This document shows positions 36,573 to 46,281 of a stretch of 64,000 nucleotides of DNA, piece after piece (the first letter of the stretch is position 1; each line of letters begins with the position of its first letter). Source of the stretch: Desulfobacterales bacterium. Lineage in GTDB: Bacteria > Desulfobacterota > Desulfobacteria > Desulfobacterales > JARGFK01. Location: NCBI GenBank assembly GCA_029211065.1, contig JARGFK010000001.1, positions 37,265 to 101,264 on the forward strand. Direction: 5' to 3'. Under the pieces are notes generated by a model that saw only the letters and a list, made by a program, of their open reading frames with translations, did no database searches and had not been told where the DNA came from. The position numbers and the translations under genes were made by a program.

Positions 36573-37619
36573 ATGAAAAGAATTTTGCTGAGTACAGGAG
36601 TGGTGTTGCTTGCCCTGGCCCTGCTGTCGGTTACTCCTGGCATGGCCGCTGAAAAATTAATCAAGGGGAACCTGCGGATTGTCATCGGGTCCAAATCGAC
36701 TGGTGGGGATACCTATCAAAACTCCAGCATCGTCGCGGCCGCGCTGGCCAAGAAACTGGATATCAACGTCAAAGTTGATGCCACTGGGGTGAGTGCCGCT
36801 TTTAAGGCTCTCGAACAGGCTGGCGCCAGAGGCAACACTATCATGATCTTCCACGACCAGTCCTACCTAGGCAACCTCTACGGCGTCAAGGGGTACGATG
36901 ACATCTTCCAGAATTACATCATCGGGCCGACACTCGCCATCAACCCCGGCAATGCTTACCTGGTGCCGAAAAAGTCCCCTTACCAGACCATCAAAGACAT
37001 CATCGCCGCCTGCGGTAAAGGGACCAAGGTGCGGGTGGCCATCCAGCCCGGTGGCGTCTCGGAGATAGGCTACTCTGCGCTGAAAAATGCCATTAAACTC
37101 AAGTATCCGGGGATGGAAGCCAATCTGGTGGCGGTGAACACAGGCTCGCAGTCGGCCAAGGACCAGCTCTTGTTTGACGGCCAGGCCGATCTGATCAACG
37201 GGTCGGTGCAGGCCAACGAGCAGTACACCCGGCTGCCAGCCGACGACCAGAAGGCGATGCGTTTTGTCTGGTTGACCGCCCGCCAGCAGACAATTCAGCA
37301 GGCCAACCCGCAAGGGATGGGGGGGACCAATCGCGAGCAACTACTGCAGTATGTGGAGCCCAATGCCTATGTGCCCTATGACGAGAAAAGCAATTTCACT
37401 TTCGACAAGGAATTTTTCATCCTCTACAACAAGAAACTGGACCCGAAAATTATCAGCTATCTGGACAAGGCTCTGAGCGAAATCTATGCCGAAGGCAAGA
37501 TCCAGCAGACGCAAAAAAAATCCTTCTTTATCCCGGACTTCCTGCCTTCTGGTGAGGCCCAGGCGTACTTGAAAGAGAAAAATGAGAAGTATAGAAAAAT
37601 CATCAACGCCATCAAGTAA
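36573..37619 (+). CDS. tctC: Periplasmic substrate-binding protein, TctC/Bug-like (divergent)
   Basis: Signal peptide MKRILLSTGVVLLALALLSVTPGMAA; immediately upstream of tctB/tctA. The family call rests mainly on context. Confidence 0.6.
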   Translation: MKRILLSTGVVLLALALLSVTPGMAAEKLIKGNLRIVIGSKSTGGDTYQNSSIVAAALAKKLDINVKVDATGVSAAFKALEQAGARGNTIMIFHDQSYLGNLYGVKGYDDIFQNYIIGPTLAINPGNAYLVPKKSPYQTIKDIIAACGKGTKVRVAIQPGGVSEIGYSALKNAIKLKYPGMEANLVAVNTGSQSAKDQLLFDGQADLINGSVQANEQYTRLPADDQKAMRFVWLTARQQTIQQANPQGMGGTNREQLLQYVEPNAYVPYDEKSNFTFDKEFFILYNKKLDPKIISYLDKALSEIYAEGKIQQTQKKSFFIPDFLPSGEAQAYLKEKNEKYRKIINAIK

Positions 37620-37732
37620 GGCATCCTCAACCTCCCCCCGATCCCTGGTGCGGGGGGAGCAAGCTTAATTTCAGGACAAGAGGGTTTCACCGGATAAGCC
37701 GGGGCATTACCAGCTGATCAAAAGGTTCTTCC

Positions 37733-38176
37733 ATGGATAATGGGTTGTCGTCATTGTTTAAGGTTTCTATCGATTTCAAGGAATCGCATACCTTTTTTCC
37801 GACCATTGTGATCTGGGTATTGCTGTTCCTCGTGCTGCTGATTTTCCTGATTTATGGCATCCCCTATGTGCGAGACCTGCGCAGCGGCAAACGCAAGATG
37901 GCATTCAGTCTGGCAAATATGGACAAGCTCAGATTCGGTGGGACTCTGGTGCTGACCGTCGCCTATTTTCTGCTGATGGACTATGTAGGCAGGTTTTTCC
38001 CGAACATGGGCTTCGGCTTCCTGTTCGTGTCGATCCCTTTCATTTTCCTGCTCTCTCTGCTCTACGTGCACGGGGTTGACCGCCGCAAGCTCCTGGCAAT
38101 CAGCCTGAACGCCCTGATTGCTCCGAGTGTCGCCTGGTACGTGCTGGCGCAGCTGTTCAATATTTCCCTGCCCTGA
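37733..38176 (+). CDS. tctB: Tripartite tricarboxylate transporter small membrane subunit (TctB-like)
   Basis: 147 aa, 4 hydrophobic segments, between the tctC-like gene and tctA. Confidence 0.7.
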   Translation: MDNGLSSLFKVSIDFKESHTFFPTIVIWVLLFLVLLIFLIYGIPYVRDLRSGKRKMAFSLANMDKLRFGGTLVLTVAYFLLMDYVGRFFPNMGFGFLFVSIPFIFLLSLLYVHGVDRRKLLAISLNALIAPSVAWYVLAQLFNISLP

Positions 38177-38197
38177 AGACGTGGAGATTAGTTTGTT

Positions 38198-39709
38198 ATG
38201 GAATATTTTGCGGACCTGTCGGTTACCTATTATCTGCTGATTCCCGTCGGAGTGATGATCGGAATCATCTTCGGGGCCATTCCGGGAATGACCGCGACCA
38301 TGGCAGTGGCGGTCTGTCTGCCACTGACCTATGCCTTGAATCTCAACCAGGGGCTGGCATTGCTCCTCGGGCTATACGTAGGTGGAATTTCCGGAGGTCT
38401 GGTCCCGGCGATTCTCTTGAATATCCCCGGAACCCCATCCTCGATTACCACCACTTTTGATGGCTATCCCATGACGCTTAAGGGGGAGAGTGAAAAGGCA
38501 CTCAAGATCGGTATCGTCTCTTCGTTGTTCGGAGGGCTTCTCAGTGCAGTGATCCTGTTTTGTTTCGCGCCGGTGCTGGCGGATGTTGCGATTAAGTTCT
38601 CTTACATCGAAAAGTTCCTGATCATCTTTCTCGCCCTGACGGTGATCGCATCCCTATCGAAAAACCTTCTGGCGGGGATCTTCAGCGGGGTGCTCGGCGT
38701 GCTGTTCAGTCTGATCGGAACTTACGACATCTCCTTGGGAGGGAACGGCGACATCCGGCTGATGTTTCCCTTCTTGGAATATTACCTTGAAGATGGGTTC
38801 TCGCTGATGCCGGTGTTGATCGGCCTGTTCGGCTTAGCCACCATCCTCGAAGAAGCGGAGAAGGGGTGCCGGGATGAACCCTTGGGCACAGATCTGTCGC
38901 TGTCAAAGCGCTCCAAGTTCTCCATTCACTATTTTAAAGGACAGGTCATCAACCTTTTCCGATCCGGCCTCCTTGGCACATTCATCGGCATGCTACCCGG
39001 GGTTGGCGGCAGTGCGGCTTCGGTGCTTTCCTACACTCAAGCCAAGAACTTCTCGAAGAACCCGGAAAAAATGGGTAAGGGGGCCCCGGAGGGGGTGATC
39101 GCTTCTGAAGCGGCCAACAATGGCCTGACTGGCGGTGCGCTGATCCCTCTACTCTCTCTGGGAATCCCTGGTGACAGTACCACCGCAGTGCTGATCGGCG
39201 CTTTCACCTTGCAGGGAATCCAGGTCGGCCCGCTGTTCATCGGCGAAAATCTGGGGACCTGGCATACCATGATGCTGGCCCTGCTGATAGCCAATCTTAT
39301 TATGTTCCTTGTCATGTTTTATGCCATCAAGTACATTGTCAAGGTGATCACAGTCCCCAAGTATATTCTCTATCCGATCATCCTGATGATGTGTGTGGTC
39401 GGTTCCTACGCTATCAATTACGGCGTAATGTTCGATGTCTGGACCCTGCTGATCTTCGGCATCTTCGGCTACCTGGCGCAGAAAGTCGGCATCGAGATCG
39501 CCCCCTTCATTATCGGTTTCATTCTCGGCAAATCGGCGGAGGTCTATTTCGTCAAAAGCCTCGAATCCTTCGGTACCCTGACGATCTTTTTCACCAAGAG
39601 CCCGATCGCTATGTTTCTCTGGGTGCTGATCTTTATGTCGGTAGGCTACTCGATTTACACGACCATCAAGAGCTATCGGAAGAACAAACGCACTGGAAGC
39701 ACCGCTTAA
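38198..39709 (+). CDS. tctA: Tripartite tricarboxylate transporter large permease (TctA family)
   Basis: 503 aa polytopic; [18 protein letters not shown] and [16 protein letters not shown] motifs. Confidence 0.88.
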   Translation: MEYFADLSVTYYLLIPVGVMIGIIFGAIPGMTATMAVAVCLPLTYALNLNQGLALLLGLYVGGISGGLVPAILLNIPGTPSSITTTFDGYPMTLKGESEKALKIGIVSSLFGGLLSAVILFCFAPVLADVAIKFSYIEKFLIIFLALTVIASLSKNLLAGIFSGVLGVLFSLIGTYDISLGGNGDIRLMFPFLEYYLEDGFSLMPVLIGLFGLATILEEAEKGCRDEPLGTDLSLSKRSKFSIHYFKGQVINLFRSGLLGTFIGMLPGVGGSAASVLSYTQAKNFSKNPEKMGKGAPEGVIASEAANNGLTGGALIPLLSLGIPGDSTTAVLIGAFTLQGIQVGPLFIGENLGTWHTMMLALLIANLIMFLVMFYAIKYIVKVITVPKYILYPIILMMCVVGSYAINYGVMFDVWTLLIFGIFGYLAQKVGIEIAPFIIGFILGKSAEVYFVKSLESFGTLTIFFTKSPIAMFLWVLIFMSVGYSIYTTIKSYRKNKRTGSTA

Positions 39710-39755
39710 AGAGTGGTCGCTCTTCAGCAGAACTATTCAGACCAAGGAATCGCAG

Positions 39756-41294
39756 ATGGGAATCACCAAGACTGGACATCAGACTATTCAAGTGGACGAG
39801 CACGATAACGTCGCTATTGTCGTTATTGCCGGTGGTCTCAAGAGCGGTGAATTGCTTGATAACGGCATCAAACTGATAGACGACGTTCCCCAGGGTCACA
39901 AGGTAGCACTTGCCGATCTAGCTGCAGGCGACCCCATCATGCGGTATGGTGAGGTTATTGGATATGCAGCCGATGCAATTGCCCGGGGCAGTTGGATCAG
40001 TGAAGTACGGGTTCGCCTGCCGGAGGTGTTACCTCTGGCGGAGATAGCCCGTGGCACTAGACCGGTGCCGGATCTGAAGCCGCTTGAAGGCTATACCTTT
40101 GAAGGGTTCCGCAACGCAGACGGCACAGTGGGGACAAAAAACATCATGGGAATTACCACCAGCGTCCAGTGTGTTGCCGCCGTTGCTGATTATGCTGTCC
40201 GGCGTATCAAGCAGGATCTACTGCCTCGCTATCCGTACGTCGATGACGTAATCGCCCTCAACCATGCCTATGGCTGCGGCGTGGCAATTGATGCTCCGGC
40301 TGCCGTTGTGCCGATTCGGACCCTTCAGAACTTGGTTGTCAATCCCAATTTAGGAGGCGAAGTTCTGGTCTTAGGACTTGGTTGTGAGAAGCTGATGCCG
40401 CAGCGATTGCTTCAGGATATAGAGCAGGCGGAAGCCAGCATCATTGAACTCCAGGATGAAGATCTTTATGGGTTTGATGCCATGGTTTCAGCAATCCTTG
40501 AGGCAGCGGAAAAGAAGCTGGTTCGTTTGAACCGGAGACGTCGTAAAACCTGCCCGATGTCCGACCTGAGGGTCGGCCTGCAATGTGGCGGTAGTGATGC
40601 CTTCTCCGGCATTACCGCCAACCCCGCAGTCGGTTTTGCAGCCGACCTGATGGTGCGCGCCGGGGGAACGGTGGTCTTCTCGGAGGTGACCGAAATACGG
40701 GATGCTGTTCACCTGCTGGTACCCCGCGCCAGCAATCAAACCATAGCAAAAGCGCTGCTTCGCGAGATGGCATGGTATGACCGCTACCTGCAAGCCGGTG
40801 GGGTCGACCGCAGTGCAAACCCCACGCCCGGCAACAAGGCGGGAGGCCTGGCCAATATCGTGGAAAAGGCGTTGGGTTCGATCGTCAAGTCCGGCACCAG
40901 CCCGCTGGTTGACGTGCTTGGCCCCGGAGAGCGCCTGCGCACCAAGGGTCTTGTGTTCGCGGCGACACCGGCCAGCGACTTCGTTTGTGGCACACTGCAG
41001 CTATCCGCCGGCATCACATTGCAGGTATTCACCACTGGACGCGGCACACCCTACGGTTTGGCGATGGCCCCTGTGATCAAGGTCTGCACCCGCTCAAACT
41101 TAAGCAGGCGCTGGCACGATCTAATCGATCTTGACGCCGGCCGGATCGCAACCGGAGACGCCAGTATAGCCGATGTCGGTTGGGAGTTGTTTCACCTAAT
41201 TCTTGATGTTGCCAGCGGACGAAAAACAGCCGCCGCGGATCGTCTCGGGCTGCACAATGATTTAGTGCTGTTTAATCCCGCCCCTATAACTTGA
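39756..41294 (+). CDS. garD: Galactarate dehydratase (UxaA/GarD family, SAF N-terminal domain)
   Basis: DNVAIVV...PQGHKVAL...[74 protein letters not shown]. Matches E. coli GarD as recalled. Confidence 0.9.
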   Translation: MGITKTGHQTIQVDEHDNVAIVVIAGGLKSGELLDNGIKLIDDVPQGHKVALADLAAGDPIMRYGEVIGYAADAIARGSWISEVRVRLPEVLPLAEIARGTRPVPDLKPLEGYTFEGFRNADGTVGTKNIMGITTSVQCVAAVADYAVRRIKQDLLPRYPYVDDVIALNHAYGCGVAIDAPAAVVPIRTLQNLVVNPNLGGEVLVLGLGCEKLMPQRLLQDIEQAEASIIELQDEDLYGFDAMVSAILEAAEKKLVRLNRRRRKTCPMSDLRVGLQCGGSDAFSGITANPAVGFAADLMVRAGGTVVFSEVTEIRDAVHLLVPRASNQTIAKALLREMAWYDRYLQAGGVDRSANPTPGNKAGGLANIVEKALGSIVKSGTSPLVDVLGPGERLRTKGLVFAATPASDFVCGTLQLSAGITLQVFTTGRGTPYGLAMAPVIKVCTRSNLSRRWHDLIDLDAGRIATGDASIADVGWELFHLILDVASGRKTAAADRLGLHNDLVLFNPAPIT

Positions 41295-41350
41295 TCCGCC
41301 AGGCCGGCGCCAACTCACGTTAGAAGGAAAACCTATCAAAGGTAGACACT

Positions 41351-42484
41351 ATGAGAAGCCAGTGTGAAGGAGATCACATCGCTCGTATCAAGCTTTCCAA
41401 GGTCCTGCTGCCCCTGGACCATGCCTTCAGCGATGCCAAAGTTTTTGTCGGCCGACAACGACCTCTACAGCATGTAAACTTGATGTTTGCAGAAATCGAC
41501 AGCGCTCAGGGTTATGACGGCTTAGGCTTCAGCTATGCCCTTAGGTGCGGAGGTGCAGGACAGTTTGCGCATGCCTGCGAGATTGCGCCGCTGATAGTTG
41601 GTGAAGACCCGAATGATATTTCGAAAATCTGGAGCCAATTGCTTTGGGCTGGGGCGTCGGTTGGCCGCAGCGGCATTGCGGTCCAGGCGATGGCCGCCAT
41701 CGATATCGCGCTCTGGGACATGAAAGCGAAGCGGGCCCGGCTTCCGCTTGCCAAACTCATCGGGGCATACCGGGATTCCGTGCCGTGTTATAACACATCC
41801 GGAGGTTATCTTCAGGCCCCGATTGAGGAAATCCTCGAAAAAGCCGATCGCTCACTTGAACGAGGCATCCAGGGGGTGAAGATTAAGGTCGGCCAGCCGG
41901 ACATGGCGGCGGATCTCAAACGCGTCGAAGCCCTCCGTAAACACCTGGGGGATGAGGTGCCGATCATGGTCGATGCCAACCAGCAATGGGACCGAATGGC
42001 TGCCTTGCGCTTCGGCCGCCAGGTTGAAGCACTAAATTTGGCATGGATCGAAGAGCCTCTTGATGCATATGATGCCGAGGGCCACGCCGCCCTCGCTGCC
42101 GCGATAGATACCCCAGTCGCAACTGGAGAGATGCTGTCCAGCGTTGACGAACACCGTGGTCTGATAACCCATGGGTCGGTGGACATCATCCAGCCAGACG
42201 CCCCTCGGATCGGGGGCATCACCCCCTTTCTGCGCTTGGCCGACCTGGCAGACCAGGCGGGTTTGGGCATGGCGCCACACTTCGTAATGGAAATCCATAT
42301 CCATCTGGCCGCCTGCTATCCGAGAGAACCGTGGCTTGAACACTTCGAATGGCTGGAACCGCTCTTCAATGAACGGTTGAAAATCAACAATGGGCAGATA
42401 GAAGTTCCCAATCAGCCTGGACTGGGCTTTTCACTAAGCACACAAATGCGACAATGGACGATGGAAGCCATTTCCATTGAATAA
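41351..42484 (+). CDS. Enolase-superfamily enzyme, mandelate-racemase subgroup (candidate L-talarate/galactarate or tartrate dehydratase)
   Basis: KxK motif (VKIKVG), metal ligands VDANQ / IEEP / TGE, IIQPD...APH dyad. Confidence 0.8.
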   Translation: MRSQCEGDHIARIKLSKVLLPLDHAFSDAKVFVGRQRPLQHVNLMFAEIDSAQGYDGLGFSYALRCGGAGQFAHACEIAPLIVGEDPNDISKIWSQLLWAGASVGRSGIAVQAMAAIDIALWDMKAKRARLPLAKLIGAYRDSVPCYNTSGGYLQAPIEEILEKADRSLERGIQGVKIKVGQPDMAADLKRVEALRKHLGDEVPIMVDANQQWDRMAALRFGRQVEALNLAWIEEPLDAYDAEGHAALAAAIDTPVATGEMLSSVDEHRGLITHGSVDIIQPDAPRIGGITPFLRLADLADQAGLGMAPHFVMEIHIHLAACYPREPWLEHFEWLEPLFNERLKINNGQIEVPNQPGLGFSLSTQMRQWTMEAISIE

Positions 42485-42926
42485 GCATTACCGTCAACCC
42501 GCTTTTCCGGTCATTTAATTGGCCATGTTCTAACTGAAAATTTCAACACTACCAAATTTCGATGTTTTATTTGCCCCGTAATACAATTTCGGCTATTAGT
42601 TTCCGTCTGGGCTTTTTTAATTTTAAAATAGGACTATCATGAGTATGCTGCTCCTTCATGATATGTAATCCCCATCGGGTATTTTTAATGCCTCTTAAAA
42701 GTGTAGATGCCTTGCCTTGACTGATACACCTCCCCAGGCTTTTATGTTGCTGATTTGGCTATCAAATCATATAATTGTTTGTATAGCGATTAGGCACTCA
42801 AGCCTATCGTTAATCCCAAAAGGAGGTGCAACATGAAAGTATCCCAGGCAACCGATTATTTTTTCGACTATCACAAGGCAGAAGCTTGGCACTTGCAATA
42901 TTGTATTTTATAGGATACACTCAACT

Positions 42927-43217
42927 ATGTTTGAAATCCGTCAGACTGAAATATTTTCTAAGTGGTTAAGTGGATTGCGAGACCGTGAGGCGCGAGCGCG
43001 AATTCAAACTCGGATTGACCGTTTACAGCTTGGCCTGGCTGGCGATGTTAAGCCGGTAGGCGAGGGAGTATCCGAATTGCGGATAGACTATGGACCTGGG
43101 TATCGAATATATTTTGTAAAGCGCGGACGGGCGTTGATCATTCTGCTTGCCGGCGGTGACAAGCGTACCCAAGGTGCAGATATCAAGACGGCGCTGAAGC
43201 TGGCGCATGATTTATAG
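42927..43217 (+). CDS. Type II toxin, RelE/HigB-like 'addiction module killer' family
   Basis: MFEIRQTEIFSKWLSGLRD..ARARI..RIDRL..G..GDVKPVGEGVSELRIDYGPGYRIYF; followed 9 nt later by an HTH antitoxin. Confidence 0.8.
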   Translation: MFEIRQTEIFSKWLSGLRDREARARIQTRIDRLQLGLAGDVKPVGEGVSELRIDYGPGYRIYFVKRGRALIILLAGGDKRTQGADIKTALKLAHDL

Positions 43218-43226
43218 GAGGCTATA

Positions 43227-43520
43227 ATGGCAAAAACCAAAACTCGACCTTATGACGCTGCTGAATACCTGGAAACCCCAGAAGATATGGCTGCTTACCT
43301 TGAAGCCGCTTTGGAGGATGGCGAGCCGGCTATAGTGGTAAAAGCTTTGGGAGCCATTGCACGCGCTCGTGGTATGTCCCAGATCGCGCGTGAAACGGGG
43401 TTAGGGCGCGAAAGCCTTTATAAAGCTCTTTCTTCAGAAGGCAACCCGGAGTTTGCTACGGTACTGAAAGTGGTGCGCGCGTTAGGTCTTAAGCTTCACG
43501 CTGAGCCAGAGCATGCATAA
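43227..43520 (+). CDS. Type II antitoxin, HigA-like 'addiction module antidote' HTH protein
   Basis: PYDAAEYLETPEDMAAYLEAALEDG...ARGMSQIARETGLGRESLYKALS..GNP.F.TVLKVVRALGLKL. Confidence 0.8.
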   Translation: MAKTKTRPYDAAEYLETPEDMAAYLEAALEDGEPAIVVKALGAIARARGMSQIARETGLGRESLYKALSSEGNPEFATVLKVVRALGLKLHAEPEHA

Positions 43521-43763
43521 GGTTTTTCTCAAAATTTAATAGTATCATCAATAACTTCAGCCTGCATGATTTCATTCGTCAATCATAAAATTTCGGGGGT
43601 TCTTCGAATGCAATATAGCTTGCCTCAGTCCATATTAATAAAATGAATTCATAGATGATTCGTCCCCAAAATCGCAATAAAGTTCGGCATAAGAACTGGA
43701 GTCTATTTCGAAAAAATTAGACTGTAGAACTTTTGGATGTGGTAGAACAGATCACCGATTCCG

Positions 43764-44369
43764 TTACGAGCGTGGTTTTCGCTTTTTTTTCTGCACGGAA
43801 AAACCGAAGCGGCCCAGGCTGCGGCCCAGCGCAAAATACTGCCCGTGGGCAAATGCCAGCAGGCCGCCTTTTTCTAAATGCAGGCGGCCTCTGCTATCGA
43901 GCAGCGACGCCGACACCTGCACGGCAACCACTTCGGCCACAAACATGGTGTGAGAACCCAGCTTTACTGACTGTTGAATGCGGCACTCTATGTTGAGTGG
44001 ACACTCCTGAATGATCGGACACTGCAACTTCAGGGCCGGCGCGGCTGTCAGGCCGGTTTGGGCGAACTTGTCCACCTTGCGGCCGGAAACCATGCCGCAC
44101 CAGTCGGTTGCCTTGGCCTGTCTGAGAGAAGGAACATTAACGACAAACTGTTTGGTGGCCTGGATGATTTCATAGGAATAGCGTTCCGGGCGGACGGAAA
44201 TCGACAGCATGGGCGGCTCACTGCATACATTTCCGACCCAGGCAATCGTGATGATGTTCGGTTTCCACTGGGGGGTTCCGCCGCAGGTTACCAGCACAGC
44301 CGGCAGCGGCGAGAGGACGTTTCCGGGTTTCCATGATTTTTTTTCTACAACGGTTTCACGCTTTGCCAT
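43764..44369 (-). CDS. Flavin reductase-like (FMN-binding split-barrel) protein. Start at the internal ATG 44369 (MAKRETVV).
   Basis: LPAVLVTCGG...NIITIAWVGNVCSEPPMLSISVRPERYSY...FVVNVP, typical flavin reductase-like domain. Confidence 0.75.
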   Translation of the reverse strand: MAKRETVVEKKSWKPGNVLSPLPAVLVTCGGTPQWKPNIITIAWVGNVCSEPPMLSISVRPERYSYEIIQATKQFVVNVPSLRQAKATDWCGMVSGRKVDKFAQTGLTAAPALKLQCPIIQECPLNIECRIQQSVKLGSHTMFVAEVVAVQVSASLLDSRGRLHLEKGGLLAFAHGQYFALGRSLGRFGFSVQKKKRKPRS

Positions 44370-44490
44370 GTCATGAGGCCCTTTAATATCGATATGAATT
44401 AACCCCACAAACCTTATTGTGGACCTTTTTAGGGCCACCATTAAGATACCCCTTTTAGGGGTGGTCGTTAACTCATGCGTATTCAGGAAT

Positions 44491-45150
44491 TTAGTGTATC
44501 CGTATCTTGCGGGTCGGTTGATAGAGGCCGGCTTCATTTGCACCCAGCAAACCCGCCTGCCAGGAACGTTTGTCTACCGGCGAGAGGTTCTTAATCATTT
44601 CTTCCGATAACAGCGATACCCTGCCGATACGATCCAGCCGTTGGGCGATCTGCTCAAGGGGCTTATCCTGCGTTATCCACAGGTGTTTGTCAAACGCTTT
44701 TAAATTTAAAGGCCGGGTGTAGCCTCGCAGTGTTTTTTCGCATGCCACATTATAAAACTGCTCGAAGTAGGACATGACCAATTCCCTTAAATTGCGATAA
44801 ATCGGCTCGCGAAAACGCAGTCCCGCAAAATTGGAATTGGCCAGCGCGCCCCAATGGCCGTCCCTTTTGAACAATGCCAGCAGATGATCGTCATCCCGAT
44901 CATTCGGCAGCATTTCCAGGATCAAAGGGGGATGTCCCAGACGGCTCAGCAGGGCTGCCGCAAACAAGGCGCCGTCAAAGCAATGGCCGGTTCGTTCGCG
45001 CAGGACGCGCAGCGGGCAGCGGTAAGTTCCATCGTTGCTGTAGGTGAGTTTGTCAAGGAAACCCTGGATACTGGGCGCAGTATCCAGCCGTGCGATAAAG
45101 CGGCGTTCGGAATTTGTTAATGATTGGTTCAGATCTTTAAGCGATACCAT
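44491..45150 (-). CDS. Transglutaminase-like (papain-fold Cys/His) domain protein. Start ATG 45150 with a ggag SD.
   Basis: RTGHCFDGALFAAALL...DDDHLLALFKRDGHWGAL, candidate C/H/D triad spacing. Confidence 0.55.
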   Translation of the reverse strand: MVSLKDLNQSLTNSERRFIARLDTAPSIQGFLDKLTYSNDGTYRCPLRVLRERTGHCFDGALFAAALLSRLGHPPLILEMLPNDRDDDHLLALFKRDGHWGALANSNFAGLRFREPIYRNLRELVMSYFEQFYNVACEKTLRGYTRPLNLKAFDKHLWITQDKPLEQIAQRLDRIGRVSLLSEEMIKNLSPVDKRSWQAGLLGANEAGLYQPTRKIRIH

Positions 45151-45172
45151 GGAGGCTCCAAGTAAGCAGTTG

Positions 45173-45763
45173 TTAGTAGAAATATGCATCCGTTTCGACC
45201 CGTCCGGAGGGATCAAAACGAACGCCTTCCATTTCGAGTAATGTCCGTTTCATGTTAAGGCCGCCCTGGTACCCGCCGAGGGTTCTGTCGGACCGGATGG
45301 CCCGGTGACAGGGGATAATGATGGGAAACGGGTTGCCGGCAAGGGCGGCGCCCACCGCCCGGGCGCCCTTAACATTTCCCACACGCCTGGCAATCCTTTG
45401 ATAGGTGCTGACACTTCCCCGGGGTATGCCGTGCTCCGCGTATAACACCTTCTGTTGAAAAGATGAGCAAAAGTCCAGACGAATCGTATTCAGGGGAAAG
45501 TGGATATCGTCTCCGGCCAGAAATGCCGCGACCCGATCGGCAACCGTATCGATTTCAGGGCAGGAAGATGAGCTGCAATCAGGATACCCGGCGGCCACTA
45601 TCAATCCGGCCGAAGAACCGGGTTTGGAGAGAATAACACGCTGGATCATGGGCCGGCCGTGAAAGCGTGACCAGACAAGTGCCACCGGTCCAAAGGGGGT
45701 TTCGCGCAGGCAGAAGGATAATGAGGTTGTCTTGATCTTATTTAAGCGTTTTATATTATGCAT
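45173..45763 (-). CDS. Methylated-DNA--protein-cysteine methyltransferase (Ogt/MGMT family)
   Basis: Active-site PCHRAI motif, with ...GGYQGGLNMKRTLLEMEG at the C-terminus. Confidence 0.85.
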   Translation of the reverse strand: MHNIKRLNKIKTTSLSFCLRETPFGPVALVWSRFHGRPMIQRVILSKPGSSAGLIVAAGYPDCSSSSCPEIDTVADRVAAFLAGDDIHFPLNTIRLDFCSSFQQKVLYAEHGIPRGSVSTYQRIARRVGNVKGARAVGAALAGNPFPIIIPCHRAIRSDRTLGGYQGGLNMKRTLLEMEGVRFDPSGRVETDAYFY

Positions 45764-45882
45764 CTGCGACCCAATCGGTCGGAGCCCAGTGTTTTATTCT
45801 TTGCCGTTGTGCTTTTCAATCTGTCCGGCAGTGGCCCGGGGGTCCGCCAACATGATATCTGGTGGTATCACAATAGTGCGGG

Positions 45883-46281
45883 TTACGCAAAATAGCTTTG
45901 ATACTCGGCTGGAATTTTTTCCCGGTTTACCTCAAAGAGTTCGATCAATACGCCATCCGGCGCCGGCACCATGATGTACCGCCACAGGCCCAGGTCGGTA
46001 ATATTCTTTTTAAGGGGAATTTCCGCAAGCTTCAGCCGATCCACCATACCGGCGAGATCGTCGGTTTGAATACCAAAGTGGTGAATGCTGCCCCTTCCCG
46101 GGTTTTTTGGGGGCTGATCGTAGAGATGCAGCCTGCCGCTGCCAATTCGAATGAACACGTTTCTTGAACCGGCCATGACACTGTCGAGGATGATTTCACC
46201 ACCGAAAAGATTCGTGTAAAATCGGATGCTTATGTCAATATCTGACGCAAAGATGTGGACATGGTGAAGGTGGGTGTTCAT
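45883..46281 (-). CDS. VOC/glyoxalase-family protein
   Basis: 132 aa; HHVHIFASDID...HHFGIQTDD paired beta-alpha-beta-beta-beta signature. Confidence 0.7.
   Translation of the reverse strand: MNTHLHHVHIFASDIDISIRFYTNLFGGEIILDSVMAGSRNVFIRIGSGRLHLYDQPPKNPGRGSIHHFGIQTDDLAGMVDRLKLAEIPLKKNITDLGLWRYIMVPAPDGVLIELFEVNREKIPAEYQSYFA

Noticed and set aside
36325-36576. 83-aa ORF between garR and the tctC-like gene
   Set aside because: It has no SD and no recognisable domain, and it overlaps the tctC-like start. The region is more likely an untranslated or promoter region.
42880-42900. TGGCAC followed directly by TTGCA (cttggcacttgcaatatt) as a sigma54 promoter upstream of the toxin gene
   Set aside because: The two elements are contiguous, without the required 5-nt spacer (GG to GC spacing of 10), so this is not a functional -24/-12 promoter.
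43521-43763. Possible small genes or pseudogene fragments between the antitoxin and the flavin reductase gene
   Set aside because: Only very short ORFs (12 codons or fewer with a start) are present and none has a recognisable motif. I cannot support a call.
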